A DNA stretch of 64,000 nt, taken from the NCBI GenBank assembly GCA_023213395.1, contig CM041465.1, positions 176,707,741-176,771,740 on the forward strand, given 5' to 3'. Positions 1 through 13,261 of the stretch are shown here, piece by piece. Below the pieces are notes generated by a model, which ran no database searches, was not told the DNA's origin, and was given only the letters and a program-made list of their open reading frames with translations. Each line of letters opens with the position of its first letter. Within the stretch, counting starts at the first letter, position 1. The position numbers and the translations under genes were made by a program. The stretch is from Cycas panzhihuaensis. Lineage: Eukaryota > Plantae > Cycadophyta.

Positions 1-3000
1 CTTCATTATTAGGACTCATACTCGAAGAAATCTTGAAATGGGAAGCTAATGGGATACTCACTAGTTTTACATTTGCCATACCAAACTCAGTTAGCACCTT
101 CTCCATATATTTCTACTGTGATAAGCATAGCTTACCATTTTTCCTGTCTCTATGTATCTCCATACCTAAGATTATTTTTCAGCTCCTAGATCCTTCATAT
201 CAAAAGTCCTAGCCAATTAAGCCTTTAACTTATTGATTTCTTTTGTGCTCTTACTTGTAACCAGCATGTCATCAGCATATAATACTAAGATAATAAATAA
301 GCTATTATCCATGAATTTAAAGTAAACACAATGATCATACTCACTTCTTTTGAAATTTTGGCTCTCTATGAAGGCATCAAACTTCTTGTACCATTGCCTG
401 GGTGATTTTTTCAAGTCATACAATGATTTCTTGAGCCTATAAACAAGTCTTTTTTTTCCATCCTATACAAACCCTTCTGGCTGATCCATATAGATCTCCT
501 TATCTAAATCTCCATGTAGAAAAGTAGTTTTTACATTTAACTTCTCCAACTCCAAATCAAGAGAAGCTACTAATGCTAATAGCACTTGAATTGAAACAAG
601 TTTGATAACTGGTGAAAAGATCTCATGAAATTTAATACCCACTTTCTGTGTAAAGCCTTTAGCCACTACTCTTACCCTATATTTGTCAACCTTTCTATTA
701 ACATCTATTTTCATCTTAAAAACCCACTTGCAACCAATAGTCTTCCTGCCATGTGGAAGTTCTACCAAGTCCCATGAATTATTTTTCTTTAAAGCATCTA
801 TCTCTTCCTATATAGCCCTCTTCTACTTCTCATTATGGATATCATCTACAACTTCTTGATAACAAGTAGGCTTACCATCATTAGAAACCAAAGCAATAGA
901 AATAGAAGGGATGTACCTGTCAAGTGGATGACTAACTTGAGTAGATATTCTAACTGCTAGTAGAGGAGTGTCTATATACTCTTGTAAATATGTTGTAGAT
1001 TCATCTTCAGAAAGATCTTCTTGCTCTTCTAATTCCAAAGATGGCTGGGTTTCAAACTTGACCTATTGATGTTTAACTTTCTGCTCCTATTTCACTTCAA
1101 CTTCTACACTGTTTGATTTTAGAAGGGGAGATTCATCAAATACAACATCTCTGTTAATGGTGATTTTGTAGGCAGTAGGATGCCACAACTTGTATCCCTT
1201 TATACCATCTTTATCACCATAACCAACAAAGATACATCTCTTAGATTTTGGGTCTAACTTTTAACATTTACTTTATCAATCTAGGCATAAGCATAACAAC
1301 CAAAAACTTTCAAATTTCAATAGTCACATGGATGTCTAGTCCATACCTCTTTAAGAATCTTGCAATCTATTCCAAGTGATGGTGACCTGTTTACCAGATA
1401 ATAAGCTATTTGAATAGCTTCTACCCACAAACCCTGCTCCACTCTAGCATTACTTAGCATGCTTCTTGCTCTTTCCAAGAGTGTTCTATTTATGTGATCA
1501 ACAATGCCATTTTACTGCAGAGTATAGCTAGTGGTCTTGTTCCTTTCGATCCCAACTTCTCTGTAATAGTTCTCAAACTCTAAGGAGTTGAACTCATCTC
1601 CATTGTCAGTTCTTAAACATTTGATTGACTTATCAATGTTGTTCTCAACTAAAGCCTTGAACTACTTAAACACACTTAAAACTTCATATTTTCTTTTTAA
1701 AAAATAGACCCATACCTTTCTGGAGTAATCATCTATAAACATGACAAAGTGTAATGATCCTCCATAAGATATTATAGGGGCTAGCCCCCATACATCTGAA
1801 TGTATATAATCTAGAACACCTTTACTAGTGTGACTCCCTACTTTAAACTTGAGTCTATATTACTTTCTAAAAATACAATATTTGCATAAAGCCAAATCTG
1901 AAAGTTGTAAGTTAGGAAGTAACTTATGGTTTATCAACACCTTAAGTCCTCTCTTACTCATGTACCTAAGTCTCTGATGCCATAACTAAGCTGGATCTTT
2001 TACCATCTTTGATAATATAACTGCATCACTGACATCTGTACTTCCTAGTAAAGTATAAAAGTTTCATTTCTTTAAGGCTTTCATAACAACCAAGGTGCTC
2101 TTTGATACTTTTAAGACTCCTTCATAACCTATATGCTTATAACCACTCGAATCTAGTTCATCTAAGGAAATTAAATTCTTTTTTACATCAGGTACATGTC
2201 TAACCTCAATTAATATTCTCACTACATCATCGAACATCTTAATTATGATGCTACCAATGCCTACTGTCTTACAAGAAACTTCATTTCCTATAAGCACATC
2301 ACCACCATTAAGAGGTTGATATGATGAGAACCAACTCTTGTATGGACACATGTGATGTAAAGCACTTGAATCTAATAACCAATCATGGTGATAATGAGAA
2401 ACATTACAAGTGCCCAAGATATTATCATTCATACCTTAATTTGACTCTACCTGATTAGTCTCCTTGGCATGATCTTCTTTTTTCTGGAACTCCTTCTTTT
2501 TGAAGAAATCCTTCTTGAGGTGACCAGTCTTATTACAGTGCCAACACCTGAGCTTACTCTTCTTGCATTTTGACTTTGACCTCGATGTATCCTAAGAGAT
2601 TTATCCTCTATCAATTATTCTATCCATTGCTGTCATAGCTTATGGTGTGGAGGTTTCAAGACTAGACTTCCTCCGCACTTCTTCCATTAGCAAAGCACTC
2701 ATAACATAATCATATTCTAATTCATCTGTAGTGCTAAAACTAATTGAGGTGACAATATTATCCCAGGATTCTGGTAATGAGTATAACAAGGTAACAGCCT
2801 TATCCTCATCCTTAATTTTAACATCAATACTAGCCAACTAATAAATAAGAGTATTGAAAATATTTAAATGGTCAGAAATTTGTATACCTTCCTTTATTCA
2901 TAATGAGTACAGATGCCTCTTCAAGTAGATTTAATTCATCATTGATTTGGTCATATACAGGCCTTCTAACCCAGTCCATAATCTTTCTACTGTCTGCTCC

Positions 3001-3239
3001 CCTACGTTGTTAAATAGAACTTCATCTGCTAAGTATAATCGTATTGTACTAAGAGCCTTCTTGTCTAGATCATCCCATTCATCATCATCTGTCCCTACGG
3101 GTTTCTTTATTTTGCCTGTAAGATCTCTATACAAACCTTGTTGTACAAGAACATCATACGCTTTCAACTTCCACAACTCGAAGTTGTTCTTTCCATTAAA
3201 TTTCTCCACCTCAAACTTTACACTTGCCAGTTTTGCCAT
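1..3239 (-). pseudogene. E1 gag-pol remnant with multiple stops and frameshifts
   Basis: ORF-track fragments 2931-3239, 2640-2837, 2064-2432, 823-1038, 463-768 and 217-423 are consecutive Copia polyprotein pieces. Confidence 0.93.
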
Positions 3240-3297
3240 TTGGTGTAGAAAAAGCTGACACCAAAACCTTCATAAACTCGCTACAAAAATAAAAGTG

Positions 3298-3309
3298 GCT
3301 CTGATACCA
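3298..3309 (-). promoter_or_regulatory. E1 primer-binding site (tRNA-iMet)
   Basis: GCTCTGATACCA on + equals TGGTATCAGAGC on -, 2 nt from the LTR edge. Confidence 0.95.
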
Positions 3310-3311
3310 CT

Positions 3312-3935
3312 TGTTGAGAAGATAAGGTCCTAACCCTTAAGCTGCCATCAAGATCTAAACTATTCTTACAACTAGTTATAGGAATCGAAACTAAAATTTA
3401 GTATGCAAGTTCTTAAACTATAGATAAAATAATAAAATGAATAAAAAAGCTAAGCATCACATATACACCTGATATAACGTGGTAAAACCCTAGTAGTGTG
3501 CTAGGGAAACATCCACACAGGAAAGGTATTGATCTTTACTGTCAAAGAACGGAGATAATGTACATAGTCCTGTAGTAGAATGCTCACAGCAACAACAACC
3601 AATTGCCCAACTCCTCACAATACATTGAACACTATCAACATAATAAAAAAAGCCCTAAATTGAGCTACATAAGAGGGTCATCCAAGGCACAAATCTTGAC
3701 CATTGAATCTAGAGTATTTTGAGTGAACGACCGTGATTCTCTTTACAATTTAATATACTTTTTGGGTCAGGGACTATCACCCCCAAACCCCCTCTTTATG
3801 GGGGCTATCCACACCCCCTAGCTAAGAGGGGCTCCCCCCCCCATTTGAACCCCTTAAGGAAGGTTTAGGGGGGAAACTTCGCTGCTAACATGTCAAAATT
3901 TTAGCCTCCAACCATTGTTGTCATATTACCTAACA
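3312..3935 (-). repeat. E1 5' LTR (624 bp)
   Basis: TGTTGAG...CCTAACA termini. Shares blocks with the E7 LTRs (e.g. TGGTAAAACCCTAG...GTGCTAGGGAAACATCCACA). Confidence 0.9.
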
Positions 3936-5117
3936 CAATCTAACCTCTTCATGTTAGGTATCAACTCAATTTGAGTTGATTTATTTCCCATGATTGAATG
4001 CTACTTCCCTATGCTACCTCGCATCTATTAACATTTATGATTTTAGACATGTTTTTGAATCACCTCTAACTTACATGTTGTTTTTTTACCAATACTTATT
4101 GAGTGAAGAAAAAATATTGCCCCCTCTTGTCACTTTTTCTAGCTTCATACATAAAATATTTTACTTCTGCCCTACATGTTCTATGTAAATATTTCTTAAT
4201 TCCAATTTGTATACAATTTAATCATGACATGGAATGTGAAATTAATATACATACCATGATCAACTTTAAAAGCTATGAACCTTGTCGATATGAACCTATT
4301 TTTCATGGGTTGTTTATCACCTTATATTTATTTTCGTGTTAGTGGTGCCAATTATTTCATTACACCTGTAAGATCAATAACTTAGATTTGACCCTATTTA
4401 CCCAATGTGTCATAATTAGACCCTTACCTTATAAGATTATAGTTTTAAGGGTGGATATAGAGTGTGAATATTCACACTTCTCTTTATTGAGAACCTTAGC
4501 AATGTAGATGCAAGTCCCAACATGTGTTTATAGAATTGGAAACTTATGGGAGAAATAATTCATAAGGTGGTTGATGTAAGATGTCAATTTTTATTTCATT
4601 TACTAATATTCCTATGAATCCACCTCCTTGTGGGTTATCCCCCCAAAAAGCTTCTAATTCTATGAGCAGTATATTTCATTGAGTTATTTTGTTTGTAGAT
4701 ATCTTCTCCTTTAAACTATACTTCCCATAAAGCAACTCTCCCACAAATGACTTTCTTGTAATTTACTTGTTTCACTTACCCATTTTCTTCCACATCTTCA
4801 AACTTGTGGGTGGAGAATTGGTCTTTCCCATAAATGATCATTCTCATAAAAGTTTATTCTATAGGATTGCTTTCTCCATAGAACTTCTAAGAAGGATGTC
4901 ATAAGTTATAGGAATAGTAACTTGCAAGAAAGTATATCATGAGACTTCACATAAATTACTTCCCCCCTTTAACTTTATCTCTGGCAACTAAAGCACCTTG
5001 TAACTTCCCTTTATTACAAGATGTTCCCCCTTTTTAAATGCTTAAACTTTATGAATCAACACTGCCACATATTATTTTTCTTTGGAATCTTCATTGTTAC
5101 ACCCTAAATAGGTAGCA
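3936..5117 (-). repeat. E2 3' LTR, visible part (split by E1)
   Basis: Colinear with 9191-10374; ends ...CCCTAAATAGGTAGCA; followed by GCCTCCTTACTTT (PPT on - strand). Confidence 0.85.
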
Positions 5118-6559
5118 TAGGCCTCCTTACTTTGAGTTACCATTAGTGGATGATTTGAAGTAATATCTTATTCTATTTTTATTTAGCACATATAAAATAT
5201 AGTTATTCTTATTTTAGATAAAGAAAATATATGTATAGAAATGAGAATTGTTCTAAATTTAAAGGATCATGATACCACACATTTACAGAGATAGCAAATA
5301 TCTTTGTATCTATTCTCTATTATTTGAAAGTAGTATCTATCATCCTATGCATGACTTTAACAAAATACTAGCTACATGTTACAAAGGTGATATGATAGGG
5401 CAGAAGAACTCCTTTTCTCTATACTAGCAAATAAGGGCAATATCCCTTTCTATACAAGATCCCTTAAACCAAAACGTTTAGGTTTAGACCTTGACTTTAA
5501 AAATTGCTCTTTCTTTCTATCAGCAGTCTTGGAGTAAAAGTTGATATAAATAAGGGGGTTCATGTATTGTAAATAGAGGTAAGATTGTTCAAAGTCATGA
5601 GCTCTCAGAAACATGCTCAAACTAACTCCTACCAAGCCTTATCCATCCTTCTTCATACCAACTAATAAAATTCCATCCTCTCAAATTATTTCTTGAAAAT
5701 TTCCATCTAAAGGTTCTTGTTGGGTAATTTTATTGCTTTTCTCATAATCAAAATCTAAAAGAGATTACAAGGTAGATGACCCATAATGGACTTTATATGC
5801 TCCTAATTACAATGTGCTTTAGTTTGAAATTGAATTCTCAATTTCTCCTTCATTATTTGACTGAGCTTATTCATTAGAAATTACATTATCAACAAAATCT
5901 TCATATAATTATATGAATAGTAGGATCTACTTATTATCCTAATAGATTTTCTAATGAGAAATATCATCTAATGTAATCTCTAATACTAACCCTATCTAGT
6001 CTATGTTTATTAGAAAAGGCATGAATCTAGTTAATCAAAGGTAAAGACTTACTAGGAAAGTAGGAGGTAGTATCAACTACTAAATCACTTGGATCTAATG
6101 TTGAATCCTTCTCTATTTTTTCTAATTTCTCAGGGAGAGCAACATCTTTCTATTCAACACTATATAAGCCCCCTAATTCATCCTGAGATCTAGTCAATAC
6201 CAATACACTCATAGGGAGAAGGCTCTATTCTTTATTATCCTTAAAGTATGTTTTAGAGATTATATTACCTAATGCTAATATTTGCTCATAATCATCCAAA
6301 TGACCTAATCAAATTCCATATAGAACACCTTGATTATCTATAACCTTTACATCAAGTTCATTCTCCACCTTGACATCAGTCATCTTATCTCTAAGCCTCC
6401 TTAATGTAGAAATAATCTAAGGCTCATTTTCTTAGGCTTGCCCCTTCTAACATTACACCTCATAACTCAATTTCTTAATGACCAATTGGATATTGGAATC
6501 AATGTTTTGAGGAAGTATTTAGGCCTCCTCATATTATAGTACTATAGATTGAGTAATGC

Positions 6560-7190
6560 ATGTGTTAAACTTGTTCATCATCCTTTTAATATCTAATACT
6601 AAAACATTGTCTTAATTTAAAGTTTATGGAAACCTATATATTAACACCACCCTGGTTTCATAATCTAATCTAATAAAGAACCACTTTAATTATGTATTAT
6701 CCTCTCATATTTAAGTTGGGGTTATAAATCTTATTATTCCTTTAAATTGCTCCATAAAAGAAGAAATAGTTTCCCCCCACCCTCTCTTAATGCAAGATAA
6801 TTCTCTCATCAAAGATGCATTAGACTTTTAAGTATAATACTTAGGCCTAAACGCCTTCATTAAACTCTTCTAGTTAGTAATGGAACCATTGGGTAAGTCT
6901 TGAAACACTTCATCTACATGACCTTTTAAGGAATGAACAAATAATCTAACAATGACATTTAGTTTAGTGATGTTGAATTTTTTGTATATTAGAGAAAATA
7001 GCTTTAAAAATATTTCCTTGCTTATCAATACATCTCTAAAAAAATTTTGACATACATCGCAAGCCTTACTTAGCATATCATGAAGTTGATTTCCTAGATC
7101 TATAGGATCATTGATCATATATGGTAGGATTTTCCCTTTAGTAATCCCACTTCGCTACTCATTATCTCCTTTCCAAAGAAAGTTGGACCA
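6560..7190 (-). pseudogene. E2 gag remnant
   Basis: Capsid-like motif RLFVHSL..VFQDLPNGSITN*KSLMKAFRPKYY..LMRELSCIKRGGGETISSF. Confidence 0.75.
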
Positions 7191-7449
7191 ATTTATGTCT
7201 TTTTCTATTTCTAATTTAATGGGTCCCTTTCTCATAAACTCATTTAATTAGTCCTTCTATATATAATGATAGGGACTTAAACCAAGTTCCTTAGAGAAAC
7301 CAAATCCTTTTGATAACATGCATAAGATCCCTTAGGTAAAGGGCCTCCTAAGTTATGGGTTTAACCATGATCTTTAACGAATGATAACTAAAATTACTAA
7401 AAGGGAAAGATAACAATATTTATATATATAATTGGTTTCTATTATTTTC

Positions 7450-7467
7450 TCCCTAATGGAGTTGCCA
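7450..7467 (-). promoter_or_regulatory. E2 primer-binding site (tRNA-Arg type)
   Basis: Reverse complement TGGCAACTCCATTAGGGA differs only by transitions from the Tat/Ogre-type PBS TGGCGACTCCACTGGGGA. Confidence 0.75.
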
Positions 7468-7473
7468 ATTTTA

Positions 7474-8728
7474 TGTCTCCTTACTTTAAGTACTCTAGAT
7501 ACCTAATCCAAAGTACCTTATATTAAACTAATTTATGTACTTAAAAGGCTAGCACCAGGACAATACAAGATGCTTGGGTAGATTAAACTAATACCTAGGA
7601 ATAATTAACCCTATATCTATAATCCTCTTCAAATAGTTTCTAACCTAACACTTTATTTTATTATTACAATCTATTAATAGTAGAATAGATCAATGTTTTA
7701 ATTATTTTAAACTTAACCATTAGACAAAGACCACTGAACCATGGCATTCCAAGGTGAATGGAAGAGAATAAGACAACTATCAGTAAAAATAAAAGTTGAT
7801 GATACCATGAAAGATTTATTATGGTCACAGTTTATTAGCCTTATATAAATCCTCTTGGGAATGCCAACACTTTTAGGTATCAAAACATATGCATGGGTAT
7901 AGTGCCAAACTTCTAGGTAGTCATGATGTGTTAGCTCCTAAAATATTCTTAATAAAACCAACACATAGGAAAAATAAAATAAGAGGATAAGAAACAAAGA
8001 TGATAATATTATAAAAGGTATGTGAGTTGTTATTATTTACTAGCTACATGCAAAACGCATCATTAAATCAACATGTAAGAAAGAAAAAGGGGGAAAGCAT
8101 ACCCTTGACAACCTAAATTTGAGTGATGTAATGTAATCGCCATTACCTAGCACACATTTAATTAACTCTTTATAATAAATCTTAAGGATATTCTAAAAGT
8201 AGAAAACATAAAACTCCAATATACAGTAACTCATATGCAAGTTCATTTCCAACCAACGAATAAAATAACTCACTCATCATCAAATCACTTTACCTTATTA
8301 TAATAGACTTAAAGACAAAATAGACCATTTTATTAATTTTCCAAAATGAAGTATATTATAATAATATAAAAGTTTGATTATAAAGAAAATCTAGGTGTTA
8401 CCCAATAATATCTTCCTAATATAAACTAGTAAGAGAAATGCCACAGATCTTTAGCATCTAAACATGTATACATGAAGTTTCTATAAATTTCTAAATTTGT
8501 TGAGTATAGAGTCTCTTCTAATTATATACAACTAAGAGGAAGAATAAAAGGTAAAAGGTACAAGGGGAGAAAGAAAACATGGAGAGAATTTACCCTGGAA
8601 ACATCATACTTGCAAATTATAGATTACAATAATAAAAGGAAGATATTAAGCTCTCTTTGACTAAATTCTATCTAAAGGCATCCAAGAAGAAACTTTTCTC
8701 TCTTGAAATTATGCTAGGTGGGCTATAT

Positions 8729-8783
<55 letters not shown>

Positions 8784-10374
8784 AGTTCTCTTACTTAAGT
8801 CTTTTTATAATGCTCCTCTTCATACATAAAGTTTCACTATCATTAGGCTCTTTATGATCTTATGCACTAAGGAAGTTATTATGTCAAAAAAAATTATTAA
8901 CCATTATTAAAATTCTTTCTACCTTCTAGGAAAATAGAAAAATGCATGTTTATTTGTAATTTGCCAGAATATAGTTATTGCACTAATCCTATTTCAATAA
9001 TTAAGTGCCTAATTATCAATGTTATCTATTTTATTCATTTGATCTGTAAATATAGTTAAAAGAATAATTTATAGTGAAATTCATAAAAATGCATTCATTG
9101 ACCTTTCTCCCACCCCCCTTTTATCATGACTAGCCATTCTATTTGGCTTTGTTACCACCAAGCTTTAAAATTCGATGCTAAATATGAGGGCAAGTTAATC
9201 TCTTCATGTTAAGTGTCAACTTAATTTGAATTTAATTTATTAGGTATAAATTCAATCTGAGTTGATTTCTTTCTTCTGATCAATTGCTACTTCACTAGGC
9301 TACCTCACACTTGCTAACACCTATACCTTTCAAACATGTTGTGGAATCATCTCTTAGCAGCATGTTGTTCTTTTCACCAATACTTGCTAAATGAAGAAAA
9401 TGTTTCTCCTCTTATTGGTTTTTTTGGCTTTATATATAGAAAATTTTACTTTCACCCTATACATTCGATGAAAATATTACTTCATTCTAATTTATATCTA
9501 ATCCAATCATGGTATAAAATGTGAAATTGAGGTTCATACCATGGCCAACTTTGAAAGTTATTACCCTTGCTAATATGCACATACTTTTCATATGTCACAT
9601 ATCACGTTATGTTTACTTTTATGTCAATTGTGCTAGTGACTTCATTACACCCATAAGATCAAAAACTCAAATTTGATCCTAGTCATCAAATGTATCATGA
9701 TTGAGCTTTTGTCTTGTAGGACTTTTAATTTGTAGGTGCACATAGTGTGTGGATGTCCACACTCCTCTTTATTGAGCGTCTCAATAATGTAGATATAAGT
9801 CCTAACATGTGTTCATAAAATTAGAAATATGTGTGGGAAATAATTTGTAGGATGATTAATATGGGATTTTTTTTTTTTTTTTTTTTTGCTATTATTCCTG
9901 CAAGTTATAACCCCTAAATGCTTTTAATTTCATGAGTAATATATTGCATTGAGTTGTTTTATTTGTAGATATCTTCTCCTATAAGCTATGATTCTCATAA
10001 AGTAACTCTCTTGCAAGTGACTTTTTCATAATTTACTTATGTCACTTGCCTATTATCTTTCACTCCCTCAAAGTTGTGTGGGGGGAACTGGCCTCTCCCA
10101 TAATAGTTTACCTTGCATGATTACTTTTCTCCATCAAACTTCTAAGAAGGACATCATAAGTTGTAGGAATAATAACTCATGGGAAAGTATATCATAGGAC
10201 TTCATGCAAATAAATTATCCCTATTGAAAGCTTCTCTGCCACAATTAAGGAATCCTATAACTTGTCTCTACCACATGATGTTACCCCATTTTGAATGTTT
10301 AAACTCTATGAATCAACATTGTTGCTTATTATTTTTCTCTAGAATCTTCATTGCTATACCCTAAAAGGGTAATA
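7474..10374 (-). repeat. E2 5' LTR (~2.9 kb; left edge approximate)
   Basis: Starts next to the PBS; right 1.18 kb matches 3936-5117; ends ...CCCTAAAAGGGTAATA. Confidence 0.7.
8732..8781 (+). repeat. (AG)n microsatellite
   Basis: Perfect dinucleotide run inside the E2 LTR. Confidence 0.98.
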
Positions 10375-10406
10375 GGAAGTATGTAAATTTTTACATGATG
10401 GAAAAT

Positions 10407-10482
10407 AGTACTTTAAATTTCCAATAGAGGGTCTTTAAGTACTTTAAATTACCAATAGAGGGTCTTTTAGTACTCTAAATTT
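10407..10482 (+). repeat. 31-bp tandem repeat, ~2.4 copies
   Basis: AGTACTTTAAATT(T/A)CCAATAGAGGGTCTTT(A/T) at 10407 and 10438, partial copy at 10469. Confidence 0.9.
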
Positions 10483-10489
10483 TAAAACC

Positions 10490-10903
10490 GTTCCCCCAAA
10501 GAACATTTAAATGGGTATTTATTGATATTTTTCCTACCATTTTAGTATGAGCATGGAGTCAATTGATCACAAGTCATTTGCTCTAGTGTAAGATCCAAAT
10601 TTTTATATGGTTTTGTATGGAATACATATCAAATATTCCTTTCTAGTGATGTATAGATATTAATAGTGATATTACTTAATGAAATAATGAGTTACATGGA
10701 AATAGTATGTAACATATGTATCTTGTGCATCATGATTATTGAGTTATGAATTTATATTCATTTATTGATTGATATGATAGCATTGTGATTATATATGATA
10801 ATGAATTAATGTTATGATATTTCTACAAAGAGTGATAGCATGACTATATTAACCAAGCCCTAACTAGACTACGAAATAGTAACCCCCTTAACAAGTGTAC
10901 TTT
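10490..10903 (+). repeat. E3 5' LTR, main part (completed by 35641-35666)
   Basis: Colinear with 44914-45272, e.g. CAAGCCCTAACTAGACTAC..ATAGT.ACCCCCTT.ACAAGTGT. Confidence 0.85.
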
Positions 10904-11378
10904 TATTAGAGTTAGAATTTAAATATGATATCATATTGTGATGTAGTGAGTATATGCAACAAAAATATAATAAGTATATATAATGAATAAATTATCTTCA
11001 TGAGGAATATACACATATAAGGAATAAACATAAATATAAAGTAAATAACAGATGGTGAAAAAACTAATGTGAAAAAAACCATGAGAGAAGGTGAAGTTTG
11101 GAGCTCCTCTTAAGATATTAGAATGAATATATCTCCAAGTCTTAGACCTTTCTTAATCCTTTCTCTAGTTCTTATATGGTGTGTGTATATATTTATATCA
11201 ATAGCCACCTCATGAGTAACCTATTATTTCTCTTAAGACTTTACATCATCCAATAGTATATTAGCATAGATAAATATGCATTTTATATCTCTTAATATAT
11301 CTAATTAGTGGGATTTTAAGTGGGTCTATCACATTAATATTAAATATTATATATGTAAATATACCACATATTCTAATA
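10904..11378 (-). repeat. E4 3' LTR
   Basis: Colinear with 35103-35635, which has ~60 extra bp; termini TATTAG...CTAATA, decayed from TGTT..AACA. Confidence 0.85.
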
Positions 11379-12066
11379 TTGTCTCTTAATGTATATTGCC
11401 TTTAATTTTCTACATTCATCTCCTTGATCTTCAATATCTTCATGTCTCATAAATCTTATGACATGTAATAATCTATATTTATATTAAGTTGTAACCTATA
11501 AATGTGTCAACTATCATGCTTATCTTTTGTAATCATTAACCTATATCAACTATAGCTATTTGTGATCATTAGTGATCAACTATAAACATCCAACCTATAA
11601 AATTTAAACTAATCATTTATTCATCAACAACAAATGAATCATCAAAATATACTAATTATGGAAACAAGTTGAATTACTTATCCAAGACAAGTTTGTTATA
11701 ATAAGGTAACATATATGATATGTTTCCATACCTCTTGTCATATATGGTAAGTTAGATTTCTCATTAACAAACACTTTCTACTATTAGTTTGATAATCTCA
11801 ATAGCTAAATTAATGTGATAAATAATAATATATGAGACTTTTCTCCTTATCTCATAAAATAGGTGGAATTCTCAATCACAACTTATCTTTCCAATATCAA
11901 ACAATCAAACTAGGCCTTTTATCAAAATTTAAGTGGTGTTATTATCATAAAACAAGTGCCATCATCAATTATTTTTCATCAATAAATAGGTGATTAATTA
12001 GTTAACTAATGTTGGCCATTATAATAAACTAAATATGTAAATTTCCAAGGAGGCTTTTCATATCCA

Positions 12067-12089
12067 ACACACACACACACACACACACA
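12067..12089 (+). repeat. (AC)n microsatellite
   Basis: Perfect dinucleotide run. Confidence 0.95.
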
Positions 12090-13261
12090 TATATAATTCC
12101 CACATCAATATCATGTCAAATATATTTCACTTCATGAAATTTCCACCTATTTTAAGCCTTTAAATGTCGTAAATAAGCCTTCAATTACTTCATTTTAAAT
12201 GAAACTTTCTTTTTCTTTCTTTATTACTCAATAATAATATCATCATCATATTGGGAGGCTTTGAAAACATTAGAATATATAATTTTTTTTCTAAAAAATA
12301 TCATAAAATATAAATTTTATGAGGTTAAAAGCATTTTAATCAAATTTACCTATTAATATCTCTTTCTTTTGATTTATGAAATATGGCATACAATCACTTG
12401 TTTCAACCATCTCAAAACTCTCTTTCCAATACAACTAATGAAATGAAAATCAGATACTCTAGTGAAAATTTATGATCAAAAGTGTAATAGTATGTCCTAA
12501 AAATGTAATGATCCTTAAGAAATTCATTTAGCCCCTTTTATCTTAGTTTTTTTGTCACACTGTAACTCTATATGACCATATGCTAGAGGCTTAATGGGCT
12601 CTGTAAATTTTAAATATTATCAAAAATAGTTAAATGTGATTTTATAAATATAAAAAAATAAAATAAAACCCATCTTATACTATTTCACATCTATGGATTT
12701 GAAATATTATTAAAAATAACTTAATTTATAATTTAATATACAAATTTTTTTATCATTTCAAAGATTTATCTGCTTTGAAAATTCATCTATCTACATAAAA
12801 TCTTCATGCTCTAAAATAAATTAGATATGTGGCTTTGTGTCTATGAGTGAATTCCACTTTATTCATGTCTTTTTTGTTATGTGGTTTCTCTTTTCTAGAC
12901 TATGATTTCTTCTTTTTATGGGAACATCTATCTTCCATGGCTCTATGTGTGCCAAATATGGCATCCTCTATTATGATGGTGTGGTATCATTCTGCATTTT
13001 GATAGTAGTTTGATGTGATTTTTCATGATCTTTCCAATCGACAGTGCTTTCCTTCTTGGTTATGTCGACACATATAGTACTTACCTTATGCAACATAAAC
13101 CTTGCCCTTCTCTATGTTTGATATATCCATGGATGAACCCTACATAGGTCATACCTAATTATGTAATAAATCTTATAATCTAACTACACTTATATTTTTC
13201 ATTATCAACTCTTTAAAGCTCAACCACGTATAAAGATATGGTTTGTGCCCTACATGATTTT

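Larger units (their letters stand above)
1..3935 (-). mobile_element. E1: Ty1/Copia LTR retrotransposon (Tnt1/Tork-like), degenerate; 3' end outside window; inserted in the 3' LTR of E2
   Basis: Minus-strand gag (MAKLASVKFEVEKFNGKNNFELWK), protease (WLLDSSALHHMCP), integrase and RT (IGCKWVFK, YADDML) in Copia order. Met-tRNA PBS at 3298-3309, LTR 3312-3935, right flank CAATC. Confidence 0.95.
3936..10374 (-). mobile_element. E2: non-autonomous Tat/Ogre-like Gypsy element (gag plus integrase-tail remnant, ~2.9-kb LTR)
   Basis: 3936-5117 aligns with 9191-10374 (LTR pair). Arg-tRNA-type PBS at 7450-7467. Gag fragment 6870-7118 (VIVRLFVHSLKGHVDEVFQDLPNGSITN). No RT or RNase H seen in the 2.3-kb interior. 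Confidence 0.8.

Noticed and set aside
8657-8857. ORF with an ERERER tract
   Set aside because: Translation of an (AG)n microsatellite inside an LTR.
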